Part shown: piece after piece, positions 8,904-19,049 of the stretch
Position numbering within the stretch: position 1 is the stretch's first letter
Layout: the number at the start of each line of letters is the position of its first letter
From: a virus
DNA: 64,000 nt
IMG/VR virus record: IMGVR_UViG_3300037294_000176
Span: 7,399 to 71,398 of that record
Strand: one strand, 5' to 3'
Notes under the pieces: model-generated
What the model was told of the DNA's origin: nothing
The model's database searches: none
The model's input: only the letters and a program-made list of their open reading frames with translations
Position numbers and translations under genes: made by a program

Positions 8904-10466
8904 ATGACTGTCGTTAACGCTGCTACAGCGTCAGTCAAGACAGTATCAGACCCTAACGCCGTCTACGAGACCCTTAAACCTCTGTGGCTCAAGAGTCGTG
9001 CTGCTTGCAGTGGTGAGCGGTTCGTTAAGGACTATGATGCCGCAATAGACGTTATTAATTTTAAAAACTTACTTATTCCCTTCTCGCCTTCAATGAGCGA
9101 TAACCAGTATAAGTTTTACAAAGCTGAAGCAGAATGGCCTGGGATCACTGCTCAGTACTCTAAAATGCTTGTAGGTGGTCTTCTCAGGAAGCCTCCTCAA
9201 CTCACTCTCCCAGAAGGTGCTCCTGCTAACGCGAAAAACTGGATTTTATCCGAGTTCGGTAGAGACGATAGCTCGCTAATTTCTTTTCTAGAAGACGCGC
9301 TTGTAGAAGAAATTCAAACAAGTGGGCCTTGGATATTTGTTGACCATCCAAAGGTTGATAATGCAGACGCACTTAGCACTGAAGAACGAGAGGCTTTAAA
9401 GCCGTACCCTATTCTTCAACCAGCAGAATCGGTTATCAACTGGCGCTTCAGTGATAAAAAGTTTGGCAAATCAGTCTTAGACCGTGTTATTGTCAGAGGC
9501 CTCAGGGAGTCTTACACTAAGAATGAGTTCCACCCTACAATGTATGATGTGGCTAACGTTCACGAGTTAAACGAAGCGGGCCACTACCAGATACGAGTTT
9601 TTGAGCGTGTGTCCCCAATTACAAACTTGCCTGTGGTTGCGGGAAAGACTCAACAAGTTATTAATGATAATTCAGAATTTGTCTACAAAGAGACAATTGA
9701 GTTTCTTGTAAACGACAAGCCCCTCACATACATTCCCGCATGGCCTGTCAACGGTGCAATTGCGCCCACTGAGCCTATTCTTAGTGCGCTTATCGACAAA
9801 GAAGTTGCGCTGTACAATAAGATGAGTCGTCGTAACCACCTCATGTACGGCGCTGCGACATACACCCCTGTAATCTCGTCTAATATGGATGACGAGGCGT
9901 TTCAGACGGTCGTTAACAGCGGTCTTGGCAGTTGGCTACACCTCCAAAACGGAGACACAGCAACTGTACTCCCTACTCCAAGTGAACCCCTTGAGGATAT
10001 GGAAAAGACCATTGCCGCCTCAATTGAAGAGATGGCTAAGCTAGGTATCAGAATGCTATCACCAGAAACGGCTCAGTCTGGTGTCGCGCTAGAGTTACGT
10101 AATGCGTCCCAAACCGCGCAGCTAGGTACGCTCAATACTCGTATTAGCGAGGTGATGACTCAAATCATCACGTTCATGTTGAATTGGCGATACGACTTAA
10201 AGCTTAACCCTACTGAAGTTACCTTTGCCCTGTCTTCTGACTTTAATTCGACACCGCTTGGTGCAGACTGGCTCAGATTGGCTACTGAGTGGTATGAAGG
10301 AGGTCTCATTCCTCGTTCTGTATGGCTTACTATGCTGAAAATGAACGACATGATTCCACCCGACTACGACGATAAGCGAGGTCAAGAAGAAATTACGGCT
10401 GACGAGACTATTCAGCCTAAACGTGACCTAGACTACAACCCTAAACCTCCTGTAGAGCCTGAGTAA
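8904..10466 (+). CDS. portal protein (DUF4055-like)
   Basis: 520 aa; size and position ahead of the minor head/scaffold/capsid genes; YKFYKAEAEW, ETAQSGVALELR segments. Confidence 0.85.
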   Translation: MTVVNAATASVKTVSDPNAVYETLKPLWLKSRAACSGERFVKDYDAAIDVINFKNLLIPFSPSMSDNQYKFYKAEAEWPGITAQYSKMLVGGLLRKPPQLTLPEGAPANAKNWILSEFGRDDSSLISFLEDALVEEIQTSGPWIFVDHPKVDNADALSTEEREALKPYPILQPAESVINWRFSDKKFGKSVLDRVIVRGLRESYTKNEFHPTMYDVANVHELNEAGHYQIRVFERVSPITNLPVVAGKTQQVINDNSEFVYKETIEFLVNDKPLTYIPAWPVNGAIAPTEPILSALIDKEVALYNKMSRRNHLMYGAATYTPVISSNMDDEAFQTVVNSGLGSWLHLQNGDTATVLPTPSEPLEDMEKTIAASIEEMAKLGIRMLSPETAQSGVALELRNASQTAQLGTLNTRISEVMTQIITFMLNWRYDLKLNPTEVTFALSSDFNSTPLGADWLRLATEWYEGGLIPRSVWLTMLKMNDMIPPDYDDKRGQEEITADETIQPKRDLDYNPKPPVEPE

Positions 10467-10474
10467 GGAGTACC

Positions 10475-13400
10475 ATGGCTGTCAATGCTAATACTGAAAT
10501 TTATGACAACATAGTTAATAGAGCGGCTATGATCCGGCTCTATGAAAGACGTGTCAATGGTAAAGTAGATCTTGTGCTTGACGGCCACAGAGTTCGCCTA
10601 GATACCCTGGTTAAAGAAGCTAACATGTCCCCTAGAGGACTGGCTAGACTTCGGGAAGCTGTAGATCAAGAATTAGTGAAGACTTACAAGGAGGCGTTCT
10701 TTGCCTCTAAGCAGTCTTTGCTTTCTCTTGCTGCAGACCAGGTATCTTTTGCTTATCAAACTCTAGAGACGTCTGTTGGAGAAATCTGGCGCACAAAACG
10801 ACCTACTAGACGCGTTGCAGAGGAGCTAGTCCTAGAAAGACCCCTATTCAATGATATGACTCTTGAGCAGGGCTGGTCTGGGATCAGCAAATCTGAAAGA
10901 ATTCGTATTGAAATTATGATCCGGAAGGGAATAGCAAGTGGTGACAGTCCTGAAAAACTAGCCTTGGCTATTCGCAAAGGAAACATTCATAACATCTCTA
11001 GGAATAGCTCTCAAGGGCTCGTGGTTACAGCCATTACAAGTGTAACAACTCAGGCTGACCACGCGGTTTACGAGAGCAACGAGAAGGCCCTGCAGGGCTG
11101 GCAGTATGTAGCCGTCCTGGACAGCAGGACCACGCCTGTCTGCGTTCACCGTGACGGCCATATCTATGTGATCGGCGAGCGCCGGTACCTCCCACCGGCC
11201 CACTTTAGGTGTCGTTCTACTACGCTCCCTGTTTTTAAATCCTGGGAAGATATTTCTAAACTAGAGGGTGTGGCTGAAGTACGTCGTAGAAACTTAGAAA
11301 GGCTTACTGATAAGCAGAAAGCTTTCTACGATGGTCAAACACCTATGAAGGAAAGTTACGACACTTGGCTAAGACGTCAGTCAACTGTTGTACAAACAAG
11401 ACACTTAGGTGACTATCAAAAAGTCCAGCTGTTTAATTCTGGGGCACTGACTGTTGATAAATTTACGAACGCAGAAGGTAACTCTATAGGTATTCGTCAA
11501 CTTCGTGCAATGACGGACTCCGGCTACGTGATTCCCAATGACACTCGTAAGTTTGCAGCAGCAAAACAGAAGTTAGACAGTATGCAGCTTGGAGCCTCTA
11601 GTCCAGAGGACTTTTATAATAATCCAAAGCTCAAGAAGACGTTAGTTGATTACTACATTCTTCAAGCAGGTGAGCTAGACGGTACTCTAGCTCTGACAAA
11701 CTACCGAGGCACGTTGATACCATCTAAATCGGCAGTAAAAAAGCGCGTCCTGACTTCTCCCCCAAGAGATGATCAACTTGTTTTTAACCCACATACAGGG
11801 CGATACGAAGATGTTAGACTCTACCAACCGAATCCAGCAGTCCTTGAAAACAACCTCAAGCGCGTTAGAACAAGTGAGGCACTTAGAAAAGAGGACAGAG
11901 ACTTCATTGAAGATATCTCAAACACTCTTTCTTCAAAGATGTCTATTAACCAGCGTGCAGTGGTTGTTGATAATCTTCGGATTATATTCACTCGGGCGAG
12001 GTCTGATGGAAAGCCTTGGAATAATTTTAAGGCCGTAGTTCAGGCTCAATTAAAGTTTGACATTATGAATACGTCAGACTACATTGAGACACAGCTTAGA
12101 CGCAACACGGATGTGCTAAAAAAGCTACTTCAGGATAACTACGTCGACCCCGTGCTAGGTACAGTGCAGCTCGATGATCTAAGTAAGAATTTTGTTAAAA
12201 ACATTCGTGAGAGAAACAGATGGGAAGACGCTGTTGCGCCTAAAATTGCCAGAGAGCTTCGGCCTCTTATCAGTAGTGAACTGCCTCTTGTTATTAGCGC
12301 TAGGCTTTCTAATGCTGATCTGCACCAATTTTACCTTAGGTTCGCACATCGACTGGCTCTTAATGACGGGCCAGATAGGGACCAATTGGCTGTTGCCCTA
12401 GGGCGCGATCTCTACAACCTTGCAAATCTTAACGGGAGCCGTACCCAGTGGTATGAAACCGGTCTTAAAATTCTGAGCAGCAAAAAGGTAGAGAAGTTCT
12501 ACAAGGTTGAAACTTTTGGCGTTCAAAAACGCCGAATGAAGAGCCAACTGAGTGGTAGCTATTTTGGACCTTACTACGACACTTTGGCCTACAATATACG
12601 TGTCACAGACCCTCGTATCCAGCGCTATTCAAAGCTTTCTAGAAGTGTTGATCTGGGTTTACGTGTAGGTGTTATTCAAAAAGATAATCGATTGATCTTT
12701 AGACAGGGTTTTAAAACCTACTTCATCGATCGAGGGGTTCTTGGACTAGAGGATACAAGAATACCTATTACCTCTACCAACTCGTTTTCGGATTTTCCAG
12801 AAGAGCTTGTTGATAAGGATTTAGTGGATGCCTTGACTTGGGCGTCCGCCTCAGAATATCGCATTGATGAGGATTACTATGACTTTGTTAAGAAATTACT
12901 CTATTTTGAAGATGATAAAGGCTCTGCAAAGTTTTACAATGATGCTAACGAATATCGTAAGTATATTGCTTCTCGTGGTGATGCTTACGAGCGATTCAAA
13001 GCTATGGACTGGCTTCGAGTTTCAAATCGCGCCTTTTCTAATCACGCCTTTGTTGATCATCGCGCTCGTATCTATGAACGTGGCCTCATTGGCCCTCAGG
13101 CAGGTGAAACTTTCCGACCCTTCTTAAACACTGTAACTAGTAAAAAGTTTGATCCCGAGGGTTTTAAAAACTATGAAGATCAGATTGGATCGTTCTTAGG
13201 TGGCCTTGACGACTACTTTGAGGGTAGAAACAGCTCGTTGACAATAACGGGGCGTCAAAAAATTGCAGAACGACTCCGACCTGAACTGGTGAAGATTGGC
13301 AACCACATGTTACGTGGCAAACCAGCTGACATCAGAGCAGTGTTAGAGTCCCCTGTTGCATCACGTATTCATGGCGAAGAGCTAGGAAAGTTTTACCGGT

Positions 13401-15103
13401 TTGCTATCGAGTCTGCTAAGATTGACACCTACTTAAAGGGTGACTACTCTAGACGGTCTTTAGAGCGGCTACGAGACTATGACATAAGTCTTGCCCTTGA
13501 GCAGGATGCATCGTCGTCTGGTGCTCAAATTATTGCGTTAACCACACGTAATAAGCAGCTTGCTGAACTAAGCAATGTTGTACCTACAACTCAAAAGCGT
13601 CGTCTCTATGATGAGATTGCAGCGTCTACTTACAATGATCCTCGCTTCAGAAAACTTAACGAGAGGCTTGGTCTTACAGAGATTGATCTGCGTAAGGCAG
13701 CTAAGGCGCAGAACATGGTAACATTTTATGGCGCTGGTGAGAAAACTGGAATACTGAGCGTTGAAGGTAAACTAGCTAAGATCTTGTCCAAAGACGGCAA
13801 CACGTTAGTCGTAAAGGCTAGCGACCGAGACATTGTTTTGAACGACATCGATGCAAGAATTGCGCGTGTAGCTAGGTTCGATAAAGAAGGTGCGGAAGAG
13901 CTGAAGGCCCTCAGACAAAACGTTCGAGACATCTTTAACAAAGGACTTGATCCTGGGGACGACATCATGGAAGAACTATACTTCTTAGACCCCAAAACTA
14001 AAGACTTAGTCAACAAGATGAGCCAAAACTACGAAAGAGTCGTTACACCAGACGACTTCAAACTTATAGCTAGGATCATGAGCGAACAACTTGCTGAGCA
14101 AGTCCCTATTCTCAAAGACTTTACAAAGTTTTTTGGCAGACTCGCTGAAGCTTACTTGTTAAATGCTAAACCAGCTAAAGCTGACTTTGACTGGTTGTCT
14201 ATAGGTAAGACGGCAGTCCTTGGCAGTAAGCGAAAAGGCTATACGTTGCCTAAAGAGGCGAGTGAGCTGTTAGGTATTAAGTCTAATGAACCACTGTCTG
14301 AAAAGCTTTTAAAACGACTTGCTTTTTGGAACCCTAAAGGTAACCTACGAGACATCATTTATGGCGTTGACAGTCCTGCTGCTAGACGTACAGGCGGTAA
14401 ATACTTTAAAGTTGAATTCTTAGACCTTGTCAAGCTTAACGAGATTGAAATCTTCTACGCTAACAAGCTTCCGAAATCTTGGACAACTGTACCCTGGGTA
14501 AACTTCGATGGAAAAACAATTGAACAACGTTTCACACAATCTTTCGAGGAAAGACTTAGCTACAAAGATGTTAACGGTAACTATGTTAACAATATCCTTC
14601 AAGTGTCTCAGAAGACCGAGGCGACTTGGTGGGAACAGGTTATCAATAAAGATGGCAAGATCAATGACATTGCGGATGCAACTAAAGCCCGTACCGCGTA
14701 TGCCGTTAATGGAAACCACTCAAACGATGCTACCCTAGTCAAACAGTTTCATCTCTATGGCAAGGCTACTAATGTTCAAACTTCCACTATTCACGACGCC
14801 TTTTTCACTAATGCTGCTGACATGCTTGAGTCACGTAAGGCATTACGAAAAATCTACGCTCGTTCGCTTGAGGCTGAGTCAATCAAGAAGACCCTTGATG
14901 AGATGCGTGCAAGAGGCTTACCCGAGGAAATTTATAAAAAGTTTCTCGAAGAAGCTATTGTTTCAGGACTAATTCCTGTTGCAGGTAAGTCAAGAGTCGG
15001 TGGAAGACTTCTAACCAAAGATGATATACTGACCGTTGAAGAAATTTTAAGGGAAGTTCCTACAGGTTTCCGAGATGATTATGGTTGGTATGGTGTTGGC
15101 TAA
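10475..15103 (+). CDS. MuF/SPP1-gp7 minor head domain fused to T7-like single-subunit RNA polymerase (putative virion RNAP)
   Basis: N-terminal WQYVAVLDSRTTPVC...PPAHFRCRS (MuF); C-terminal DHRARIY, motif A DASSSGAQ, motif B RKAAKAQNMVTFYG, NGNHSNDA, motif C IHDAF. Confidence 0.9.
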   Translation: MAVNANTEIYDNIVNRAAMIRLYERRVNGKVDLVLDGHRVRLDTLVKEANMSPRGLARLREAVDQELVKTYKEAFFASKQSLLSLAADQVSFAYQTLETSVGEIWRTKRPTRRVAEELVLERPLFNDMTLEQGWSGISKSERIRIEIMIRKGIASGDSPEKLALAIRKGNIHNISRNSSQGLVVTAITSVTTQADHAVYESNEKALQGWQYVAVLDSRTTPVCVHRDGHIYVIGERRYLPPAHFRCRSTTLPVFKSWEDISKLEGVAEVRRRNLERLTDKQKAFYDGQTPMKESYDTWLRRQSTVVQTRHLGDYQKVQLFNSGALTVDKFTNAEGNSIGIRQLRAMTDSGYVIPNDTRKFAAAKQKLDSMQLGASSPEDFYNNPKLKKTLVDYYILQAGELDGTLALTNYRGTLIPSKSAVKKRVLTSPPRDDQLVFNPHTGRYEDVRLYQPNPAVLENNLKRVRTSEALRKEDRDFIEDISNTLSSKMSINQRAVVVDNLRIIFTRARSDGKPWNNFKAVVQAQLKFDIMNTSDYIETQLRRNTDVLKKLLQDNYVDPVLGTVQLDDLSKNFVKNIRERNRWEDAVAPKIARELRPLISSELPLVISARLSNADLHQFYLRFAHRLALNDGPDRDQLAVALGRDLYNLANLNGSRTQWYETGLKILSSKKVEKFYKVETFGVQKRRMKSQLSGSYFGPYYDTLAYNIRVTDPRIQRYSKLSRSVDLGLRVGVIQKDNRLIFRQGFKTYFIDRGVLGLEDTRIPITSTNSFSDFPEELVDKDLVDALTWASASEYRIDEDYYDFVKKLLYFEDDKGSAKFYNDANEYRKYIASRGDAYERFKAMDWLRVSNRAFSNHAFVDHRARIYERGLIGPQAGETFRPFLNTVTSKKFDPEGFKNYEDQIGSFLGGLDDYFEGRNSSLTITGRQKIAERLRPELVKIGNHMLRGKPADIRAVLESPVASRIHGEELGKFYRFAIESAKIDTYLKGDYSRRSLERLRDYDISLALEQDASSSGAQIIALTTRNKQLAELSNVVPTTQKRRLYDEIAASTYNDPRFRKLNERLGLTEIDLRKAAKAQNMVTFYGAGEKTGILSVEGKLAKILSKDGNTLVVKASDRDIVLNDIDARIARVARFDKEGAEELKALRQNVRDIFNKGLDPGDDIMEELYFLDPKTKDLVNKMSQNYERVVTPDDFKLIARIMSEQLAEQVPILKDFTKFFGRLAEAYLLNAKPAKADFDWLSIGKTAVLGSKRKGYTLPKEASELLGIKSNEPLSEKLLKRLAFWNPKGNLRDIIYGVDSPAARRTGGKYFKVEFLDLVKLNEIEIFYANKLPKSWTTVPWVNFDGKTIEQRFTQSFEERLSYKDVNGNYVNNILQVSQKTEATWWEQVINKDGKINDIADATKARTAYAVNGNHSNDATLVKQFHLYGKATNVQTSTIHDAFFTNAADMLESRKALRKIYARSLEAESIKKTLDEMRARGLPEEIYKKFLEEAIVSGLIPVAGKSRVGGRLLTKDDILTVEEILREVPTGFRDDYGWYGVG

Positions 15104-15109
15104 AACGTG

Positions 15110-15127
15110 ACCCCGTTAAATTAACCC
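15110..15127 (+). promoter_or_regulatory. motif A (CCCGTTRAMTTAACCC) copy 1, putative phage-RNAP promoter upstream of scaffold/capsid
   Basis: accccgttaaattaaccc; recurs intergenically at 39064, 46842 and 61633. Confidence 0.7.
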
Positions 15128-15130
15128 AGG

Positions 15131-15215
15131 AGCGGTAGTGGGTAGTTGTACTATTCACTCCGCTTTTGATTTACATTACGAGATTGTATCTCTTATCACC
15201 TACTAGGCTGTGCCT
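15131..15215 (+). promoter_or_regulatory. structured leader with three UGU-triloop hairpins before the scaffold RBS
   Basis: GGTAGT-TGT-ACTATT (extended by AGCGG/CCGCT), GAGAT-TGT-ATCTC, AGGC-TGT-GCCT. Confidence 0.6.
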
Positions 15216-15229
15216 GAAGGAATCAAAAT

Positions 15230-15934
15230 ATGTCTACCGACCTCGAATTGACCGCTGAAGAACAGACCAACATCGATGCTGGCTTGAACAAAAACGGTAC
15301 GCCTAAAGAACCAAGGACGATCCTTACTGAAGAAGAAAAGATCGAAGCTGCAGTAGCCGCTCGTGTCGCTAAAGCTAAAGAGAGCTTAGACAAAGCGTTT
15401 GCTGAACGTGACGATGCCCGCAAGCAAGTAGCTGCCTTCGAAGAGAAAGAAAGACAAGCTGAACTCAAACGTTTGGAAGAAGCTGGTGAATACCAGAAAG
15501 CCGCCCAACTACGTGTTGATGCCGCTGAAGCAAAAGCTGCTGAGATTCAAGCACGCTTAGACGCTTCGGAGGCTAGGACTGTTGAACTTACTCGCGATAA
15601 TTCTCTACGTGCTGCAATGTCCACTTACACTTTCCGCTCAGAGAAGGCTCACAGAATGGCCTTTGACGATATCGTTGAACAACTGGTCAAAGATAAGGAT
15701 AACAACTGGGTTCATAAATCTTCTATTAGTATCGAAGCTGCCGTCAAGGCTTTCGCTGATGACGAAGCTAACTCCTTCTTGTTCAAGGCTAAGACCTCAT
15801 CCGGGTCCGGTGACACAGCTGTGAAAAAGACAGATGTCGAGAAGAAACCTACTTCTCTGTTCCAAATGTCTCAAGCTGATGTTCTTGCTGCCGCTGCGAA
15901 GGGCTCTCTTAGGAAAGAGAGACGCCCTCGTTAA
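15230..15934 (+). CDS. capsid scaffolding protein
   Basis: Charged coiled coil, SFLFK..SSGSG C-terminal motif, located before the capsid gene. Confidence 0.85.
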   Translation: MSTDLELTAEEQTNIDAGLNKNGTPKEPRTILTEEEKIEAAVAARVAKAKESLDKAFAERDDARKQVAAFEEKERQAELKRLEEAGEYQKAAQLRVDAAEAKAAEIQARLDASEARTVELTRDNSLRAAMSTYTFRSEKAHRMAFDDIVEQLVKDKDNNWVHKSSISIEAAVKAFADDEANSFLFKAKTSSGSGDTAVKKTDVEKKPTSLFQMSQADVLAAAAKGSLRKERRPR

Positions 15935-15950
15935 ATTTAAAGGAATATGA

Positions 15951-17138
15951 ATGACTGTTATTACTGACCTGCCGGGCGCAACTAACGACGTCCTGCAGAG
16001 CGCTCTCTCGGGTTACTCCGATGAAGCGTACACGAATGCTCGTAAACTTTCGGGTACTGGGATTGTTGGTTCCAACCCTGACATTGACGTCAACACCGAA
16101 ACCTATATTGGTCAGGTCCGTTGGCACAAGCCTCTGAACCCTGTCGTCAACGTTGCCTCGCTGACAAACTCCGCAGATGGTGCGCGTACTGGTTACGCCT
16201 CCGACTACCTGCGTTACGTCAAGAGTGTCCGTACGCACGGTGCAGAAAAAGTTAACATGGCGCAGGTTGTTACCCGCGTTGATGGACTAGCTAAAATCGG
16301 TCGTGACTTTGGTGAAACCAAGGCTCAAGACGAACACGACGCTATCCTGTCGGTTCTCAAAGGCGTTGCTGTCTCTGAGGCCCTGGCTGGTGGTGCTCAA
16401 GGCACCGGCCAAGTCGGTCTTGGTGGCCAAACGTTTGATAACGATCCAACGAACAAGCGTCATGGTTTCTACGTTGACCTCGGTGTTGACAAAACCGTAG
16501 TTGGAGCCACGGCTTCGGTTCAGGGCGCTGCTCGTGCTGAGTCGTTCCTCCGTGCCTTTGGCATGGCCTACAAGGATTACGAGCCCTCGTTCGCGTACCT
16601 TGTTACGTCGCCTGAGACCATGGCCTCGCTGCGTTCGGCTAACCTGGTTGACCAGGATCGTGTTGTTGACGGTACGGTTGAATTCCAGACGATCTTTGAC
16701 GGCAAGTTCCGTTTGGTCTCGACTCGTGCAAACCAGTCAATGTCTTCTGCTGATCTGGCTAAAGTTAACAGCGGACCCGGTGTTGATATTGTTGGTACCA
16801 AGACTTCCTTCATTGTGCTTCCAGGCGCGCTGGCAATGGAAGGTCTTGAAGTTCCAATGGAGACTGAGATTGAACGTGATGCTGCCTCCTTCATGGGTGG
16901 TGGTACGACTGAAATCTGGTACCGTTGGGGTTACGTTATTGCACCCGCTGGTTACGACTGGCAGGGTAGTGAGCAAGAGTTTGCTTCAAACGGCGCTTAC
17001 ATGGGTGTCAATAACGCTGCTACCGACGATAACACGACGCTGGCTGCTGCTGGTCTCATCACTGACATCCGTGGTAACTGGAAGCGTAAGACTGCCTCGG
17101 CTCTGTCGCTTGGCATTCTGCCTATCTTCCACGGCTAA
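15951..17138 (+). CDS. major capsid protein
   Basis: 395 aa, AAGGA RBS, strongly biased codons, follows the scaffold gene. Confidence 0.85.
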   Translation: MTVITDLPGATNDVLQSALSGYSDEAYTNARKLSGTGIVGSNPDIDVNTETYIGQVRWHKPLNPVVNVASLTNSADGARTGYASDYLRYVKSVRTHGAEKVNMAQVVTRVDGLAKIGRDFGETKAQDEHDAILSVLKGVAVSEALAGGAQGTGQVGLGGQTFDNDPTNKRHGFYVDLGVDKTVVGATASVQGAARAESFLRAFGMAYKDYEPSFAYLVTSPETMASLRSANLVDQDRVVDGTVEFQTIFDGKFRLVSTRANQSMSSADLAKVNSGPGVDIVGTKTSFIVLPGALAMEGLEVPMETEIERDAASFMGGGTTEIWYRWGYVIAPAGYDWQGSEQEFASNGAYMGVNNAATDDNTTLAAAGLITDIRGNWKRKTASALSLGILPIFHG

Positions 17139-17148
17139 GAAAATAATT

Positions 17149-17628
17149 ATGGCTTTAGCTAAAACTGTTAACTGCTATGTTACGGTATCTGAAGCTGATA
17201 CTTATTTCGAGGATCGTTTAGATGTGGCCGCTTGGTTCGATGCGCCTCCCGAAGAAAGAGCTAAAGCACTAGTCACAGCTACGGCTAGACTTGATGCTCT
17301 CAACTGGACAGGTTACGCTTCAAGCTCGGCACAACCTCTTGCTTTCCCTCGTATTGGTGAATATTTGGACCCTCGGTTAGGAAGACTTGTTAGCTTCAGT
17401 GCTAATGGGTTTCCTGATCGAGTGGTCAAAGCTACTTATGAGCTTGCATATCATTTTCTGAACAATGACGGTCTAATGGACCAGACTGGTAGTGTAACTA
17501 ACCTTGCTCTTGCCGGAATCTCCTTGACTGAAATTAGAGCAACGCCCGAGATACCTTCTGTTGTTATGCGTCTCGTTCGGCCTATGTTGGTCAACGCCGG
17601 TGCTAACAGCTGGTGGAGGGCAAACTAG
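17149..17628 (+). CDS. head-tail connector/adaptor
   Basis: ATG at 17149; NCYVTVSEADTYF...AL..AT..LD...Q.LAFPR pattern. Confidence 0.8.
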   Translation: MALAKTVNCYVTVSEADTYFEDRLDVAAWFDAPPEERAKALVTATARLDALNWTGYASSSAQPLAFPRIGEYLDPRLGRLVSFSANGFPDRVVKATYELAYHFLNNDGLMDQTGSVTNLALAGISLTEIRATPEIPSVVMRLVRPMLVNAGANSWWRAN

Positions 17629-17981
17629 TGAGTTACAATTCCTTAATCGATTCTCAGCTTAAAAGAGCGTTTAACTTGCTTAAGGACTTAGCTGTAGATG
17701 CAACCTTCCAAAAGAAGAATGTAACAGGCTTTGATTTTAACACTAGTACGGCAACTTTGGCAGTAGCCCCTGATGTAGTTACAAAAATAGTTATTACAGG
17801 TGAGCTAAAGAAAACCAAAGAGTCTAAAGTCATTACTAAGACGATTATGTGTAAGTCCAAGGATATGGGTTCACTTAATTCTTATTCGACAGTTGTCATT
17901 GATGGTGTCGTCTGGAGATTAGGCGACCCTATCAAAGATAGCGGTTACATTCTAGTCACTACTATGATTAAGGAGGTCTGA
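17628..17981 (+). CDS. head closure/stopper-like protein
   Basis: GTG start overlapping the previous stop (TAGTG) after GGAGG; position in the neck module. Confidence 0.65.
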   Translation: MSYNSLIDSQLKRAFNLLKDLAVDATFQKKNVTGFDFNTSTATLAVAPDVVTKIVITGELKKTKESKVITKTIMCKSKDMGSLNSYSTVVIDGVVWRLGDPIKDSGYILVTTMIKEV

Positions 17982-18388
17982 TGGGAAAGTATACAAAGGT
18001 CGAAAGATCAGTGTTTTCTATCTTCGGTCAGAACTCCTGGAAAAACGAGAGCATTAACACGTGGCCCGCTGATTTCGTACCTGATACGGCTGGAGCGGAA
18101 TATGTACGTGTTAACATTATTTCAAACGGTGCTGGTTTAAATAAGACGTCAGTATCTGGTATTCTCATCATAGACATATTTACAGCTGCAGGTAGTGGAC
18201 CAACGCGCCAAAACTTTATTGCAGACAAGTTAGACGGCTACTTAGAGAACAAATCTATTCCTACCCTAGCAGGTGTTACACAGTTGCAAAACAGTGCTTT
18301 ACGACCTCTTGGGCTGGATAAGGCAAACACTAACCTTAGTCGTGCTAGCTATGAAATACCTTTTCACTTTTACGGAGTGACCATTTAA
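17981..18388 (+). CDS. tail terminator-like protein
   Basis: GILIIDIFTAAGSG...IADKLD pattern; precedes the tail tube gene. Confidence 0.7.
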   Translation: MGKYTKVERSVFSIFGQNSWKNESINTWPADFVPDTAGAEYVRVNIISNGAGLNKTSVSGILIIDIFTAAGSGPTRQNFIADKLDGYLENKSIPTLAGVTQLQNSALRPLGLDKANTNLSRASYEIPFHFYGVTI

Positions 18389-18987
18389 TGGCACACATTA
18401 ACTCTATCGGCGCTGGCATGTTCTCGGACCTGTCGGTGGCCACGCCTCTGGCTCCCCTCTCGATTGCCGCCCTGGCTGCTCTCGATACCGCTGTTGAATT
18501 CCAGGCGCTGTTTGCTACCGAGATTCCTTCGATTGGTGGCACTGCAGCCGCTGGTGCGTTTGTTCGTATCCGCGACGTTCGTGAATTCCCTGCAATGGGT
18601 ACCCCACCTAACGTTGTAAACGTCCCCACCTATGGCTCGAAGACCTCGCGTCAGATCCAAGGTCAGGCCGACGCTCCTTCGATGGAGCTCACGCTGAACT
18701 ACGTGCCTTCCAACTGGGCAAGAGAGTCCGGTAACCTTCTGGGTAACATGGTTGGCGATGGCGTTCAACGCGTCTTCCGCTTCTCCCTGCTAAACTCGGA
18801 GCCTACCGCTTCGGGTGCAACTGCTTACGCCTCGACCGCTTCTGGTCTGGGTGTCGTTCAGAACAGCCAGTTCTACTGGATCGGCAAGCTGGAAGCCCTT
18901 CAGGTTTCGCCTCAGCTTACCGATGCTAACACGGCCACGATCACGATTACGATCCAGTCGGACTTCTATGGTGCTTACACCATCTAA
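18388..18987 (+). CDS. major tail tube protein
   Basis: VREFPAMGTPPNVVNVP..G...QIQGQADAPSMELTLNY; biased codons; followed by a terminator. Confidence 0.85.
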   Translation: MAHINSIGAGMFSDLSVATPLAPLSIAALAALDTAVEFQALFATEIPSIGGTAAAGAFVRIRDVREFPAMGTPPNVVNVPTYGSKTSRQIQGQADAPSMELTLNYVPSNWARESGNLLGNMVGDGVQRVFRFSLLNSEPTASGATAYASTASGLGVVQNSQFYWIGKLEALQVSPQLTDANTATITITIQSDFYGAYTI

Positions 18988-18995
18988 GTAAAATG

Positions 18996-19030
18996 AGAGG
19001 GAGGTTACGTAGACTAGCCTCCCTCTTTTC
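18996..19030 (+). terminator. intrinsic terminator after the tail tube gene
   Basis: AGAGGGAGGTTA...TAGCCTCCCTCT followed by TTT. Confidence 0.75.
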
Positions 19031-19049
19031 ATTAATTAAGGTATATTAC

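Noticed and set aside
16501-17148. Long +1-frame ORF overlapping the capsid gene and running in frame into the connector gene (possible capsid-connector frameshift fusion)
   Set aside because: No slippery site recognised, the translation is non-protein-like, and the capsid's strong codon bias can keep alternate frames open; the connector has its own ATG at 17149
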